Source: Candidatus Brocadiia bacterium (lineage in GTDB: Bacteria; Planctomycetota; MHYJ01; JACQXL01). Taken from it: a stretch of DNA of 64,000 nucleotides. Location: NCBI GenBank assembly GCA_041658285.1, contig JBBAAP010000002.1, positions 119,029-183,028 of the forward strand. Reading direction: 5' to 3'. The notes under the pieces are model-generated. The model was not told where the DNA came from. It saw only the letters and a program-made list of their open reading frames with translations, and did no database searches. Each line of letters starts with the position of its first letter. Position 1 is the stretch's first letter. The translations under genes were made by a program, and so were the position numbers. Shown piece after piece: positions 39,183 through 48,374 of the stretch.

Positions 39183-39543
39183 AATAGCACGCTCCACACT
39201 GGGCTGATTCCCAGACGCATACCTTGATCACTTTAACCCGTTTGGTTTTTAGTTTTTTCTGAAGTTTAACTGATATTAAAAATGAAATATTTTCGGTGGT
39301 CGGGTTTAACTTTCTAAAATCCGGCAGCTCGTTCAGGTATTTATGGTCGTATTCTTCCAGAACTGAATTGATTATTTTCTTAAGCTCGTCAAAATCAATA
39401 ATCATGCCCTGAGAATTAAGTTTGCCGCCCCGTATGGTCACATCCACATTCCAGTTATGGCCGTGCAGATTCTCGCACTTACCGCGGTATCCTCGTAATC
39501 TATGAGCCGAAGAAAAATGGTTTTTTATCAAAAGTTCATACAT
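39169..39543 (-). CDS. queD: 6-carboxy-5,6,7,8-tetrahydropterin synthase
   Basis: FSSAHRL..KCENLHGHNW, DHKYLN, PTTEN, VWES. Confidence 0.92.
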   Translation of the reverse strand: MYELLIKNHFSSAHRLRGYRGKCENLHGHNWNVDVTIRGGKLNSQGMIIDFDELKKIINSVLEEYDHKYLNELPDFRKLNPTTENISFLISVKLQKKLKTKRVKVIKVCVWESAQCGACYYAVR

Positions 39544-39628
39544 ATCTACTGATTTAATTACTTATATCTTGAAGCAATGTCAAGTTTTTGGTATGAAATG
39601 ATGATTATCGGCCGTAAATAATGGTTTT

Positions 39629-40915
39629 ATGAAGAAGACAACCAGCAAATTATTGAGGGAATCTTGCTTCCAGGGCAGCTTGGAATGCGAGCTGCCGTGC
39701 ATCATTATTCCAAAAAAAGGCCAGTCCAAGAAGACGGCCATAGTCTCGGTGCTTTACGGCTCGACTGACAATAAGTTTATCCCACCGGGCGGCAACCAGA
39801 AGGAGGTGCCGGCCGGAATCGCCCATTTCCTGGAGCACCAGCTGTTCAAGAAAGCCGAAGGCGACCTAGGCCAGGAATTCGCCCGATACGGGGCTTATTA
39901 TAACGCCAATACCGGGTATCATTCCACAAACTACTTCTTTACCAGCACTGATAATTTTGAAGACAACCTAAAAATACTGATGCGCTTAACCAGCCAGCCC
40001 TACTTTTCGGAAGAATACGTTTCCACGGAAAAACTAATTATCGAACAAGAACTCCGCATGTATCTTGATATGCCGGATACTAAAATCTATCTGAACCTGC
40101 TTAAAAACCTGTATCATCACCACCCGGTAAATATTGAAGTGGGAGGCACAATCGACAGCATCAGGAATATCACCCCGCAGTTGCTGGAAATATGCTATCG
40201 GCTGTTTTACCATCCGGATAATATGGTCATCGCGCTGGCCGGAGATATGGACCCCGAAAAATCCATGGCTACTTTGAATAAAATATGGAATATCAAATAT
40301 GACAAACTCGATGGCCCCATCAAAAGGGTTCTGCCGGACGAACCAGACAGCATCAAAGCTGATTCCGCCTCAGAGAACATGTCTGTGGCCAGGCCTCACC
40401 TGCTGATAGGATACAAAGATACGGTGGTGGGGTTAAAAGGCAAAGACCTGATTACGCATAACCTGACAAACGATATTATGCTGGAACTTCTTTTGGGACA
40501 CTCGTCCGAAATTTACAACAAACTCTATAAGGAAAGCTTGATTGACGATCATTTCGGGGCCTCTTGCAGCAATCACGAAACATACGGCTTCACTATCATA
40601 AGCGCGGAAACTGATACGCCGCAGGAAGTATACCAACGGCTACTTAAGGAAATAACCAAGGCAAAAAAAACCCGGTTCAAGAAGCGCGACCTGGAAAGGA
40701 TTAAAAACAAGTTTATCGGTAAATTCATCTCTGCTTTCAACTCTTCGGAATCACTGGCTATGATATTCAGCGCCTACTATTTCCAGAAAATAAACGTCTT
40801 CGATATTCCCCGGTATATAAAGCAAATATCATTGAAGGATGTGCAGGAAAGGCTGTCCGTGCATCTTGATGAGGAATATCATTCCATTTCAGTAGTCAAT
40901 CCGACAGGAAAATAA
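39629..40915 (+). CDS. M16 (pitrilysin-family) zinc peptidase
   Basis: GIAHFLEH (HxxEH), NANT, EKLIIEQE, FYHPDNM. Confidence 0.9.
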   Translation: MKKTTSKLLRESCFQGSLECELPCIIIPKKGQSKKTAIVSVLYGSTDNKFIPPGGNQKEVPAGIAHFLEHQLFKKAEGDLGQEFARYGAYYNANTGYHSTNYFFTSTDNFEDNLKILMRLTSQPYFSEEYVSTEKLIIEQELRMYLDMPDTKIYLNLLKNLYHHHPVNIEVGGTIDSIRNITPQLLEICYRLFYHPDNMVIALAGDMDPEKSMATLNKIWNIKYDKLDGPIKRVLPDEPDSIKADSASENMSVARPHLLIGYKDTVVGLKGKDLITHNLTNDIMLELLLGHSSEIYNKLYKESLIDDHFGASCSNHETYGFTIISAETDTPQEVYQRLLKEITKAKKTRFKKRDLERIKNKFIGKFISAFNSSESLAMIFSAYYFQKINVFDIPRYIKQISLKDVQERLSVHLDEEYHSISVVNPTGK

Positions 40916-40916
40916 T

Positions 40917-41369
40917 TTACGGAACCACGGATATCAATTTCACCCTATCACCGGATCTAACCATCCCGTTTTTAATAACCTCGGCAAATACCCCTTCTAC
41001 CGGCATTATGCAGTTGCCTATTTTATGGTAGATGGCGCACTTGGTATGGCATTTCTTCCCTATCTGAGTTATCTTTAACACAACTGAATCACCGACTTGT
41101 AATAAGGTCCCAATCGGCAATAATTCCAGTTTGATACCCTCAACTGTCAGATTCTCGGCAAAAGAACCAGCCTCTATTTTAAGTCCCGGAAACTTAATCC
41201 TGACGTTATCAATAGACTCCCAGGCCAGAAGACTCACCTGTCGGTGACCTGGCCCGGCATGAGCGTCATTAACTAATCCTTTACCGACCTCGAGCTCGCA
41301 CTCCAAGACACTCTGTTTGGACGCGCCCTTACGTTGGCTAATACAAACTGCGACTATTTTACCATTCAT
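40917..41369 (-). CDS. MOSC-domain protein
   Basis: DAHAG..RQVSLL, FAENL, TQIGKKCH..CAI..CIMP.EGVF. Confidence 0.9.
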   Translation of the reverse strand: MNGKIVAVCISQRKGASKQSVLECELEVGKGLVNDAHAGPGHRQVSLLAWESIDNVRIKFPGLKIEAGSFAENLTVEGIKLELLPIGTLLQVGDSVVLKITQIGKKCHTKCAIYHKIGNCIMPVEGVFAEVIKNGMVRSGDRVKLISVVP

Positions 41370-41441
41370 AATGAAGTAGATAGAATATAGCAGGTAGACT
41401 AATATTCTCCTACCTTCTACATACTATATTTTATATTCTTT

Positions 41442-41505
41442 TATCCATCGGCTGTTATCAGCCAGAGGCTGACCCGCCTCTGGTGGTGAACATCAGCCGA
41501 GGATA
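41442..41505. repeat. Intergenic nested hairpin, possibly family A
   Basis: tcggctg-TTA-[ccagagg..cctctgg]-cagccga. Confidence 0.45.
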
Positions 41506-41536
41506 CTCGGCAGTAATTCTGGCGCCAAATGCACCA

Positions 41537-42010
41537 TCAAACTGCCGAAATATAATGCCCACTTTTACCGCCCGACTTCTCTATCAATTTTATATCACTG
41601 ATAACCATCCCCCGGTCTATGGCCTTGCACATATCATATATGGTCAGACTGGCCACAGCCATCGCAGTCAGAGCTTCCATTTCCGCCCCGGTCCGGTCAA
41701 TACATTCAACGAGGCCCATAACCTCTATCAAACCCAATTTTTGCATCTTAAATTCTATAGCCACATTAGTTATATTAATCGGGTGGCAAAGCGGAATCAT
41801 CGTGTGGGTGGACTTGGCGGCCATAATACCAGCCAACCGCGCCGCTTCCAAAACATTGCCCTTTTTTATTTTATTAGCGGTTATGGCCTTATATGTGGCC
41901 GGCTTCATTTTAATACAGGCTGAAGCCCTAGCCATTCTTAAGGTTATATCCTTAGCGCCGATGTTAACCATCTTGATACTGCCTTTGGGTGTCAGGTGCG
42001 AAAGACCCAT
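41537..42010 (-). CDS. moaC: Cyclic pyranopterin monophosphate synthase
   Basis: KKGNVL..ARLAGIMAAK, IPLCHP, GAEMEAL, IYDMCKA, KSGGKSG. Confidence 0.96.
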   Translation of the reverse strand: MGLSHLTPKGSIKMVNIGAKDITLRMARASACIKMKPATYKAITANKIKKGNVLEAARLAGIMAAKSTHTMIPLCHPINITNVAIEFKMQKLGLIEVMGLVECIDRTGAEMEALTAMAVASLTIYDMCKAIDRGMVISDIKLIEKSGGKSGHYISAV

Positions 42011-42017
42011 AATAATT

Positions 42018-42983
42018 CTATCCTCCTATCCTGGACATAATATTATCCCGGCGGCATAAATGTTTCAAAGGCTTGTTCAATACCGCCTGTTTTATGACGG
42101 ATTCAAGCTTATCGGGCTCAAAGGGCTCAGCCCTTAGAATATCCTTGATATCTATTTCATCATCGGAAAGCAAACAAGACTTAAGATATCCGTCCGATGT
42201 CAATCTGAGCCTGTTGCACTTATCACAGAATGGGCTCGAAACCGGGGCGATAAATCCCAACCAACCTTTACTGTCATTCAACCTGTAATACTGGGCCGGG
42301 CCGTTACTAATATCGGGCTGAACAGGCTTCAATTCACCCAATTTTCCCATTATTATCTTCTTAATAGCGCCAACCCTGACAATATCTTCCTGCTTCTCAT
42401 CCCAATTACCGCAAGGCATATACTCTATAAAGCGCACAGTCAAAGAATAATTAATTGTCAGGCGGGCAAAATCTAAAACCTCGTTTTCATTTATACCATT
42501 AAGCAAAACGGTATTTATCTTTATGTTTCTGATTCCTACTTCCAGCAGTTTAGATATCCCATCCCAAACCCGTTTCATGCCATTTATACCGGTAATACTC
42601 TGAAAAATATCCGATTTCAAGGAATTAAGCCCAATATTAACACTGTGCAGATTAAGCCTGCTCAACTCACCGGCGTAATCATCAAGCAAATATCCGTTAG
42701 TAGTCAAGGAAACTTTCCGGGTTCCCGGCAAATTAATCAATTCTTCAATAAACCCAATGATGCCCTTCCTCAACAAAGGCTCACCGCCCGTTATCCGGAA
42801 TTTATCGATACCCATTTTTATGGCTGACTGCGCCGCCCGGATAATTTCCTCGTACGAAAGAATATCGGATTGCGCCAATAACTCCCGCCCACCGGATGGG
42901 AAACAATATCGGCACTTAAAATTGCATCGGTCGGTTACAGAAATGCGCAGGTAATCTATTTGGCGATGGAATCTGTCTTTCAT
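42018..42983 (-). CDS. moaA: GTP 3',8-cyclase
   Basis: YLRISVTDRCNFKCRYC, FCDKCNRLRLT..LKSCL, MSRIGG. Confidence 0.96.
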   Translation of the reverse strand: MKDRFHRQIDYLRISVTDRCNFKCRYCFPSGGRELLAQSDILSYEEIIRAAQSAIKMGIDKFRITGGEPLLRKGIIGFIEELINLPGTRKVSLTTNGYLLDDYAGELSRLNLHSVNIGLNSLKSDIFQSITGINGMKRVWDGISKLLEVGIRNIKINTVLLNGINENEVLDFARLTINYSLTVRFIEYMPCGNWDEKQEDIVRVGAIKKIIMGKLGELKPVQPDISNGPAQYYRLNDSKGWLGFIAPVSSPFCDKCNRLRLTSDGYLKSCLLSDDEIDIKDILRAEPFEPDKLESVIKQAVLNKPLKHLCRRDNIMSRIGG

Positions 42984-43003
42984 AAAATCCTGGCGTGTCT
43001 AAT

Positions 43004-44461
43004 TTATTCCGCCCAGTAATTAGGCGCTTCCCTAGTAATTATGACATCATGAGGATGGCTTTCCCTCAGAGAGGCAGCTGATATTTTTATGAATTTGGTC
43101 CTGGTCCTCAATTCATCGATATTTCTGACGCCGCAATATCCCATACCGGCCTTAAGCCCGCCAACCAGTTGGTAAACAAAGTCACTGATCGGTCCTTTAG
43201 AAGGTATCTGCCCCTCTATGCCTTCAGGCACAAGTTTATCCCTTGTTGTTACGCTCTCCTGGCGGTAACGGTCCTTGCTACCCTTCATCATAGCGCCTTC
43301 GGAACCCATACCCCGGTATGATTTATAAGAACGGCCTTTGTAGATAAACGATTCGCCCGGGCTTTCCGCCACGCCGGCGAACAACCCGCCGATCATAACC
43401 GAATGGGCGCCTGCCGCAATGGCTTTGGTTATATCGCCCGAATGCCTGATACCGCCGTCGGCGATAACCGGGACCTTGTATTTCTGGGCAATCTTGGTGC
43501 AATCATAAATCGCCGTAATCTGCGGTACGCCAACACCGGCAATAATCCGGGTGGTGCATATCGAGCCCGGCCCGATACCGACCTTAACCGCATCAACCCC
43601 GGCTTTTATCAAATCAATAGCCGCTTCGCTGGTGGCGATATTACCGGCCACGATATCTATCTTGAACCGCTTCTTGAGTTCTTTCACGGCATTAATAACG
43701 TTATTGGAATGGCCGTGCGCCGTATCAACTACAATTACATCTATTCCGCAACTAATCAGCTGCTCGGCCCGCTCAATATCATTAACTCCGACCGCCGCGC
43801 CAACCCTGAGCCGGCCCTGTTTATCACGGCAAGCATTCGGAAACTGGAGCATCTTGTTGATATCTTTTATGGTAATAAGCCCCTTAACAATAAAATCCTT
43901 ATCAACCAGAAGCAGTTTCTCAACTTTATTCTTATGAAGAATCTGCTTTGCCTGTTCCAGCGTGGTATCCGGCGCCGCGGTTATCAGATGGTCCTTAGTC
44001 ATCACCTCGGAAATATTCTTGGCGTCGCTTTTCTGGAACCTCAAGTCGCGAATAGTCAAAATCCCTTGAAGCTTCTTATTTTCATCGGTTATAGGAATCC
44101 CAGATATATGGTGGTCAGTCATTATCTTGCGGGCTGTGCCGATAGATTCATTAGGTGGCAGGCAAATCGGGTCAAGGATAACCCCGCTGGCCGAGCGTTT
44201 AACCTTGGTTACTTCCCGGGACTGCTCTTCGATAGTGAGGTTTTTATGAATAATGCCTATTCCGCCTTCCTGAGCTAAAGAAATAGCCAGATTAGCTTCG
44301 GTAACCGTATCCATAGCGGCGGAGATAATGGGTATATTTATCGAAATATGGCGGGAAAACTGACTTTTCACTTCAACCTGCACCGGGATGATATCTGACT
44401 TGCGGGGAACCAGCAAGACATCGTCAAAAGTTATGCCTTTACCAATAATCCTGTCGTCCAT
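43004..44461 (-). CDS. guaB: IMP dehydrogenase (with CBS domains)
   Basis: [33 protein letters not shown]. Confidence 0.98.
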   Translation of the reverse strand: MDDRIIGKGITFDDVLLVPRKSDIIPVQVEVKSQFSRHISINIPIISAAMDTVTEANLAISLAQEGGIGIIHKNLTIEEQSREVTKVKRSASGVILDPICLPPNESIGTARKIMTDHHISGIPITDENKKLQGILTIRDLRFQKSDAKNISEVMTKDHLITAAPDTTLEQAKQILHKNKVEKLLLVDKDFIVKGLITIKDINKMLQFPNACRDKQGRLRVGAAVGVNDIERAEQLISCGIDVIVVDTAHGHSNNVINAVKELKKRFKIDIVAGNIATSEAAIDLIKAGVDAVKVGIGPGSICTTRIIAGVGVPQITAIYDCTKIAQKYKVPVIADGGIRHSGDITKAIAAGAHSVMIGGLFAGVAESPGESFIYKGRSYKSYRGMGSEGAMMKGSKDRYRQESVTTRDKLVPEGIEGQIPSKGPISDFVYQLVGGLKAGMGYCGVRNIDELRTRTKFIKISAASLRESHPHDVIITREAPNYWAE

Positions 44462-44509
44462 ATAGCAAAATTATATTATTATAAAGAAATGTCAAGAAAA
44501 TTGGCCCAA

Positions 44510-44542
44510 TAAAAAAGGGGCGGGTTTTAGCCCGCCCCCTTT
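44510..44542 (-). terminator. Rho-independent terminator after tuf-rpmG
   Basis: ggggcggg/cccgcccc stem followed by a T-run on the minus strand. Confidence 0.85.
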
Positions 44543-44555
44543 AATCTGATTCGCC

Positions 44556-44705
44556 CTACTTCTTCTTTTCCTTGTGCTTTGTATGCGCCCTACAGATAGA
44601 GCAGAATTTCTTTAGCTCCAGTTTGGCCTGTTTTTTAGGATCTTTACTGGTCCGGTAATACCGGTTGCCACACTGCGAGCATTCCATGAAAATCCATTCT
44701 CTCAT
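44556..44705 (-). CDS. rpmG: 50S ribosomal protein L33, Zn-binding (C+) form; not in the ORF track
   Basis: Manual translation MREWIFMECSQCGNRYYRTSKDPKKQAKLELKKFCSICRAHTKHKEKKK (49 aa), downstream of tuf. Confidence 0.95.
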   Translation of the reverse strand: MREWIFMECSQCGNRYYRTSKDPKKQAKLELKKFCSICRAHTKHKEKKK

Positions 44706-44718
44706 ATTTAACCTTTTT

Positions 44719-44793
44719 TAGAGCCAGTTAAGCGAACCGACACGAAGTGACGGTACGCTGTTACTGGGTCTTATCCCGACTATTCCGTCGGGA
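44719..44793 (+). repeat. Two-hairpin dispersed repeat (family A) in the tuf-rpmG spacer
   Basis: TAGAGCCAGTTA-[agcgaaccgacacGAAgtgacggtacgct]-GTTACTGGGTCTTAT-cccgactattccgtcggg. Confidence 0.85.
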
Positions 44794-44815
44794 CACATTT
44801 TAACAAATACCCTTT

Positions 44816-46024
44816 TTATTCTACTATCTTGGTAACAACGCCGGCGCCAACAGTCCTGCCGCCTTCACGAATAGCGAACCGCAGCTTATCTTCCATGGCT
44901 ATCGGTGTCATCAGCTCCACGTTCAAACTTACGTTCTCGCCCGGCATTACCATTTCCACCTTGGCCGGAAGCTTGACCTCGCCGGTAACATCCGTGGTCC
45001 TGAAGTAGAACTGGGGCCTGTATCCGGAGAAAATCGGCGTATGGCGTCCACCTTCATCCTTAGACAGGATGTACACCTCACACTCAAATTTAGTGTGCGG
45101 CGTGATTGTGCCCGGAGCGGAAACAACCATCCCGCGTTCCAAATCATCCTTTTCAACGCCACGCAGCAAGATGCCGACATTGTCGCCGGTAATGCCCTCA
45201 TCCAGCAGTTTATTGAACATTTCTATACCGGTAACAACGCTCTTCCTTATTTCCTTGGAAAATCCGACAATGTCAACCGGATCATTAATCTTTACTCTCC
45301 CGCGTTCGATACGGCCGGTACCAACCGTACCGCGCCCTTTGATGCTGAATACATCTTCAATCTGCATCAGGAACGTCTTATCCACTTGGCGAATCGGTTC
45401 CGGAATATTAGCATCAATCGCATCCATTAACTGCCAGATTGGGCCGCAGTTGGGGCATTCCTTCTTGGCGCATAGGCATTCCAAAGCCTTCATTGCCGAA
45501 CCTTTGATAATGGCAATCTTGTCGCCCGGGAACTGAAATTTAGTCAAGAGTTCCCTAACCTCCACCTCAACCAACTCTAAAAGTTCCGGATCAGTGACTA
45601 AATCGCACTTATTCAAGAATACCACCAGCGCCGGCACCTGAACCTGTCGGGCCAGAAGCACGTGTTCCCTTGTCTGGGGCATCGGGCCGTCTGCCGCGGA
45701 AACCACTAGAATCGCGCCGTCCATCTGGGCCGCGCCGGTAATCATGTTCTTAATGTAATCCGCATGTCCCGGGCAGTCGATGTGTGCATAATGGCGTTTA
45801 TCTGTCTGATATTCAACGTGCGCCACCTGAATCGTCAGAATCTTGGTTTCACCGCGTTGCTCACCGCCCTTGGCTATTTCCGCATAAGTCCTGGCGTTTG
45901 ATAATTTATGCTTGGCTAGGACGTTTGTAATCGCGCTGGTTAAACTGGTTTTGCCGTGATCAATGTGCCCGATGGTTCCCACATTCAAGTGTGGTTTTGT
46001 CCGATCAAATTTTTCCTTGGCCAT
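44816..46024 (-). CDS. tuf: Elongation factor Tu
   Basis: [37 protein letters not shown]. Confidence 0.99.
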   Translation of the reverse strand: MAKEKFDRTKPHLNVGTIGHIDHGKTSLTSAITNVLAKHKLSNARTYAEIAKGGEQRGETKILTIQVAHVEYQTDKRHYAHIDCPGHADYIKNMITGAAQMDGAILVVSAADGPMPQTREHVLLARQVQVPALVVFLNKCDLVTDPELLELVEVEVRELLTKFQFPGDKIAIIKGSAMKALECLCAKKECPNCGPIWQLMDAIDANIPEPIRQVDKTFLMQIEDVFSIKGRGTVGTGRIERGRVKINDPVDIVGFSKEIRKSVVTGIEMFNKLLDEGITGDNVGILLRGVEKDDLERGMVVSAPGTITPHTKFECEVYILSKDEGGRHTPIFSGYRPQFYFRTTDVTGEVKLPAKVEMVMPGENVSLNVELMTPIAMEDKLRFAIREGGRTVGAGVVTKIVE

Positions 46025-46059
46025 AAAAGCTCCTTTCGATATCTAATTTTTACTTTCTT

Positions 46060-46132
46060 AGCTGTTGACGGGAATTGCACCCGTGACCTCGTCCTTACCA
46101 AGGACGTGCTCTTCTAGCTGAGCTACAACAGC
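46060..46132 (-). tRNA. tRNA-Thr(GGT), no encoded CCA
   Basis: Cloverleaf: acceptor GCTGTTG/CAACAGC, anticodon loop TTGGTAA, T-loop TGCAATT. Confidence 0.93.
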
Positions 46133-46162
46133 GTTTATTTCAATACGCTGTTCGAACGCAAA

Positions 46163-46190
46163 ACTATAGCAGTTTAATATTTAGTGTCAA
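46163..46190 (-). promoter_or_regulatory. Internal sigma70 promoter for tRNA-Thr(GGT)-tuf
   Basis: TTGACA-16 nt-TATAGT with an extended TG on the minus strand. Confidence 0.55.
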
Positions 46191-46274
46191 GTTATTTATA
46201 TATTTTGTATTAAATTCCTGACTTTAAAATTCAGCCGTGATATCCCTCCCCTAAAACCATCATTTTATCTAAGT

Positions 46275-46350
46275 TGGAGCGGCGGACCGGGGTCGAACCG
46301 GCGACCGTCTGCTTGGAAGGCAGATGTTCTACCAATTGAACTACCGCCGC
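46275..46350 (-). tRNA. tRNA-Gly(TCC)
   Basis: Acceptor GCGGCGG/CCGCCGC, loop CTTCCAA, CCA encoded. Confidence 0.96.
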
Positions 46351-46353
46351 TCT

Positions 46354-46485
46354 TACTCCCTGTTAGCTATCGCCTGAATATTTTCAGGAGATAGCGTTAC
46401 AGCGGAGTTAGACCCCGCACCTATCTTTCCGGGATAGGTGCGGGGTATAAGAAATTCTAAGGCTCACGTTTCGCCAAGAATTTCT
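46354..46485 (+). repeat. Cluster of hairpins in the tRNA-Gly/tRNA-Tyr spacer (family A unit plus accccgcacc/ggtgcggggt IR plus agaaattct/agaatttct IR)
   Basis: ctgtTA-[gctatc..gatagc]-GTTacag, followed by two further inverted repeats (IRs). Confidence 0.65.
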
Positions 46486-46488
46486 AAA

Positions 46489-46571
46489 TGGGCAGGGAGG
46501 GATTCGAACCCCCGAAGCTAAAAAGCAACAGATTTACAGTCTGTCCCCTTTGGCCGCTTGGGTACCTGCCC
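46489..46571 (-). tRNA. tRNA-Tyr(GTA), no encoded CCA
   Basis: Acceptor GGGCAGG/CCTGCCC, loop CTGTAAA, long variable arm. Confidence 0.95.
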
Positions 46572-46599
46572 CGTTATCCCGCCTTAGCAGTATAACGGG
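46570..46599. mobile_element. Miniature CCCGTTA...TAACGGG element (family B) overlapping the tRNA-Tyr 5' end
   Basis: cccgttatcccgccttagcagtataacggg. Confidence 0.6.
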
Positions 46600-46622
46600 G
46601 CATGCCCAAAACAAGTTCTATA

Positions 46623-46694
46623 AGCTGGGAGCGGGATTTGCACCCGCAACCGCCGGTTTACAAAACCGGAGCTCCGCTGTTGAGCTATCCCAGC
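46623..46694 (-). tRNA. tRNA-Thr(TGT), no encoded CCA
   Basis: Acceptor GCTGGGA/TCCCAGC, loop TTTGTAA, T-loop TGCAAAT. Confidence 0.93.
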
Positions 46695-46726
46695 CCCGTT
46701 ATCCCGCCAGAGGGCGGGATAACGGG
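46695..46726. mobile_element. Miniature family B element abutting the tRNA-Thr(TGT) 5' end
   Basis: cccgttatcccgcc-agag-ggcgggataacggg, a perfect 14-bp IR. Confidence 0.65.
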
Positions 46727-46764
46727 GCCGGCATTCTCAATCTTAGTTATCCTATTCCGCCTTA

Positions 46765-46793
46765 CTGATACCAAACAGGTTATTACCTGTCAA
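46765..46793 (-). promoter_or_regulatory. sigma70 promoter of the tRNA-tuf operon with an overlapping palindrome
   Basis: TTGACA-17 nt-TATCAG; ACAGGT-TATT-ACCTGT palindrome at 46775-46790. Confidence 0.5.
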
Positions 46794-46818
46794 TATTTTT
46801 GCTTATCCTGATAGGATT

Positions 46819-47799
46819 CTATATCTTTTGAGACCGGCCCTTTAAAGTCGCCCATTCCGGGCACAACATCAAATGCCACCATAACAAAGCAAAGTAAACC
46901 ACCAACATCTGCCTTATACGCCTTACCAAACAAAATGTCAGTATGCACCCTGCCAGATTCAGCGCAAAACCAAGAATTATCTTTATCGGCTTTAACAGCC
47001 GGAAGACTAAATATATCCACAGTGCATGATGTTTCCGGTAAAATTTATACAACGAATTGAGGTATTCTATTTTAGCCGCCACCACAATCTTCTTTTTGGA
47101 CTGTCCTTGAATGTGATAAATGCCGGACTCCGGCACAAACCAGACCTGACAACCTTTGCCAGTCATGCGCCGGCACCAATCGGTTTCTTCCAGAAAAAGG
47201 AAATAATTCTCATCCAGCATACCGACCTCTTTTATCGCCTCCTCCCGCACCATCATAGCCGCGCCGATGACCGATTCCACCTCAATAGGGCTCGAATACG
47301 CCTGCCGCTTGCTGGGATACCGCCCCGGCGCTAGAATCCGTAACAAGCTTTTGCCCAAAAGCTCGCTTTCCAATCCCGGGATATTATCGAACGAATGCTG
47401 CCGCGAACCGTCCTGATTGAGCAGTTGTCCGGTTATAATACCCGCCCTAGGGTTGGCATCCATAAACCTAACCAGGCTTTCCAAAGACCGTTCGGTCAGC
47501 AAGATATCGCTGTTAAGAATAAAATAATATTTAGCCGGCCTGTCACGCAAACCGGCATTGACCGCTCCGGCAAACCCAATATTGCGTTCCAGCCGGATAA
47601 TTTCAGCAGTCGGGTAATACTGGCGAACGGCCTCGATACTGCCGTCGGATGAGCCGTTATCAACAACCGTAACCAGGCATCCGGATGTTTTAACCTTGTT
47701 AAAAACGGAGTTCAGGCACCCCAAAAGCAGGTCTTTGGTGTTGTAATTAATAACAATGATGGATACTTCAGGCACGGCTAATGACAGTATAGGGCGCAA
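46819..47799 (-). CDS. GT2-family glycosyltransferase
   Basis: VSIIVINYN, VVDNGSSDGS, NIGFAGAVN, ILNSD, YFLFLEETDWC. Confidence 0.92.
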   Translation of the reverse strand: MRPILSLAVPEVSIIVINYNTKDLLLGCLNSVFNKVKTSGCLVTVVDNGSSDGSIEAVRQYYPTAEIIRLERNIGFAGAVNAGLRDRPAKYYFILNSDILLTERSLESLVRFMDANPRAGIITGQLLNQDGSRQHSFDNIPGLESELLGKSLLRILAPGRYPSKRQAYSSPIEVESVIGAAMMVREEAIKEVGMLDENYFLFLEETDWCRRMTGKGCQVWFVPESGIYHIQGQSKKKIVVAAKIEYLNSLYKFYRKHHALWIYLVFRLLKPIKIILGFALNLAGCILTFCLVRRIRQMLVVYFALLWWHLMLCPEWATLKGRSQKI

Positions 47800-47856
47800 T
47801 TCAATAATTCACTGCGAATTATATACTGCGCCCTATTTTCTTCCGGGAATTACAGG

Positions 47857-48060
47857 TTAATCTTCCAGGACAAAGGTAATGCTCATATGAACCCGATACT
47901 CGATTATTTTGCCGTTTTCCACCTTAACATTAGTTTTGGTCACTTCCGCGCCGGTGATACCGCGCAGAGTCTTGGTTGCCCTCCTGATGCCTTCCTGTAC
48001 CGCCTCGGTAATCCCTTTGGGTGATGACGCCACTATCTGTGTCACTCTTGCTACTGCCAT
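47857..48060 (-). CDS. Dodecin-family protein
   Basis: MAVARVTQIVASSPKGITEAVQEGIRRATKTLRGI..EYRV.M.ITF; SD AAGGAG. Confidence 0.9.
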   Translation of the reverse strand: MAVARVTQIVASSPKGITEAVQEGIRRATKTLRGITGAEVTKTNVKVENGKIIEYRVHMSITFVLED

Positions 48061-48073
48061 ATTCAACTCCTTT

Positions 48074-48300
48074 TAGAAACTGTTAGGGATTTAGCCATGA
48101 AATAGCTAAAGACCGTTACAGTTTCTTATCCCGACTATTCCGTCGGGGTTCTAGAGCCACTTAAACATATTGACACACAGTGGCAATATGCTTTTAGTGG
48201 GTCTTATCCAGTTATGATAGCATATCAGAACTGGGTTCTTGCCAGTTAGGATGGTCCCGATGTGACATCGGGACCAACCGTTACTGAGCCTTATCTAATC
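48074..48300 (+). repeat. Three tandem family A units (78 bp, 87 bp, partial)
   Basis: Units start at 48074, 48152 and 48239, with covarying outer stems AAACTGT/ACAGTTT, CCACT/AGTGG and CAGT/ACTG. Confidence 0.85.
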
Positions 48301-48374
48301 AGCCTCCTTTTTACCTTATCATCTTTATCTTGTCAAGAAACCAGGAATATTTTATCCATACTGCCAGATAACAA

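Noticed and set aside
46550-46811. ORFs 46550..46768 and 46602..46811
   Set aside because: They overlap tRNA genes on the opposite strand.
48074-48300. Integron attC sites or mini-CRISPR
   Set aside because: No RYYYAAC...GTTRRRY arrangement, no intI and no cassette ORFs; the inner segments are self-complementary hairpins, not spacers.
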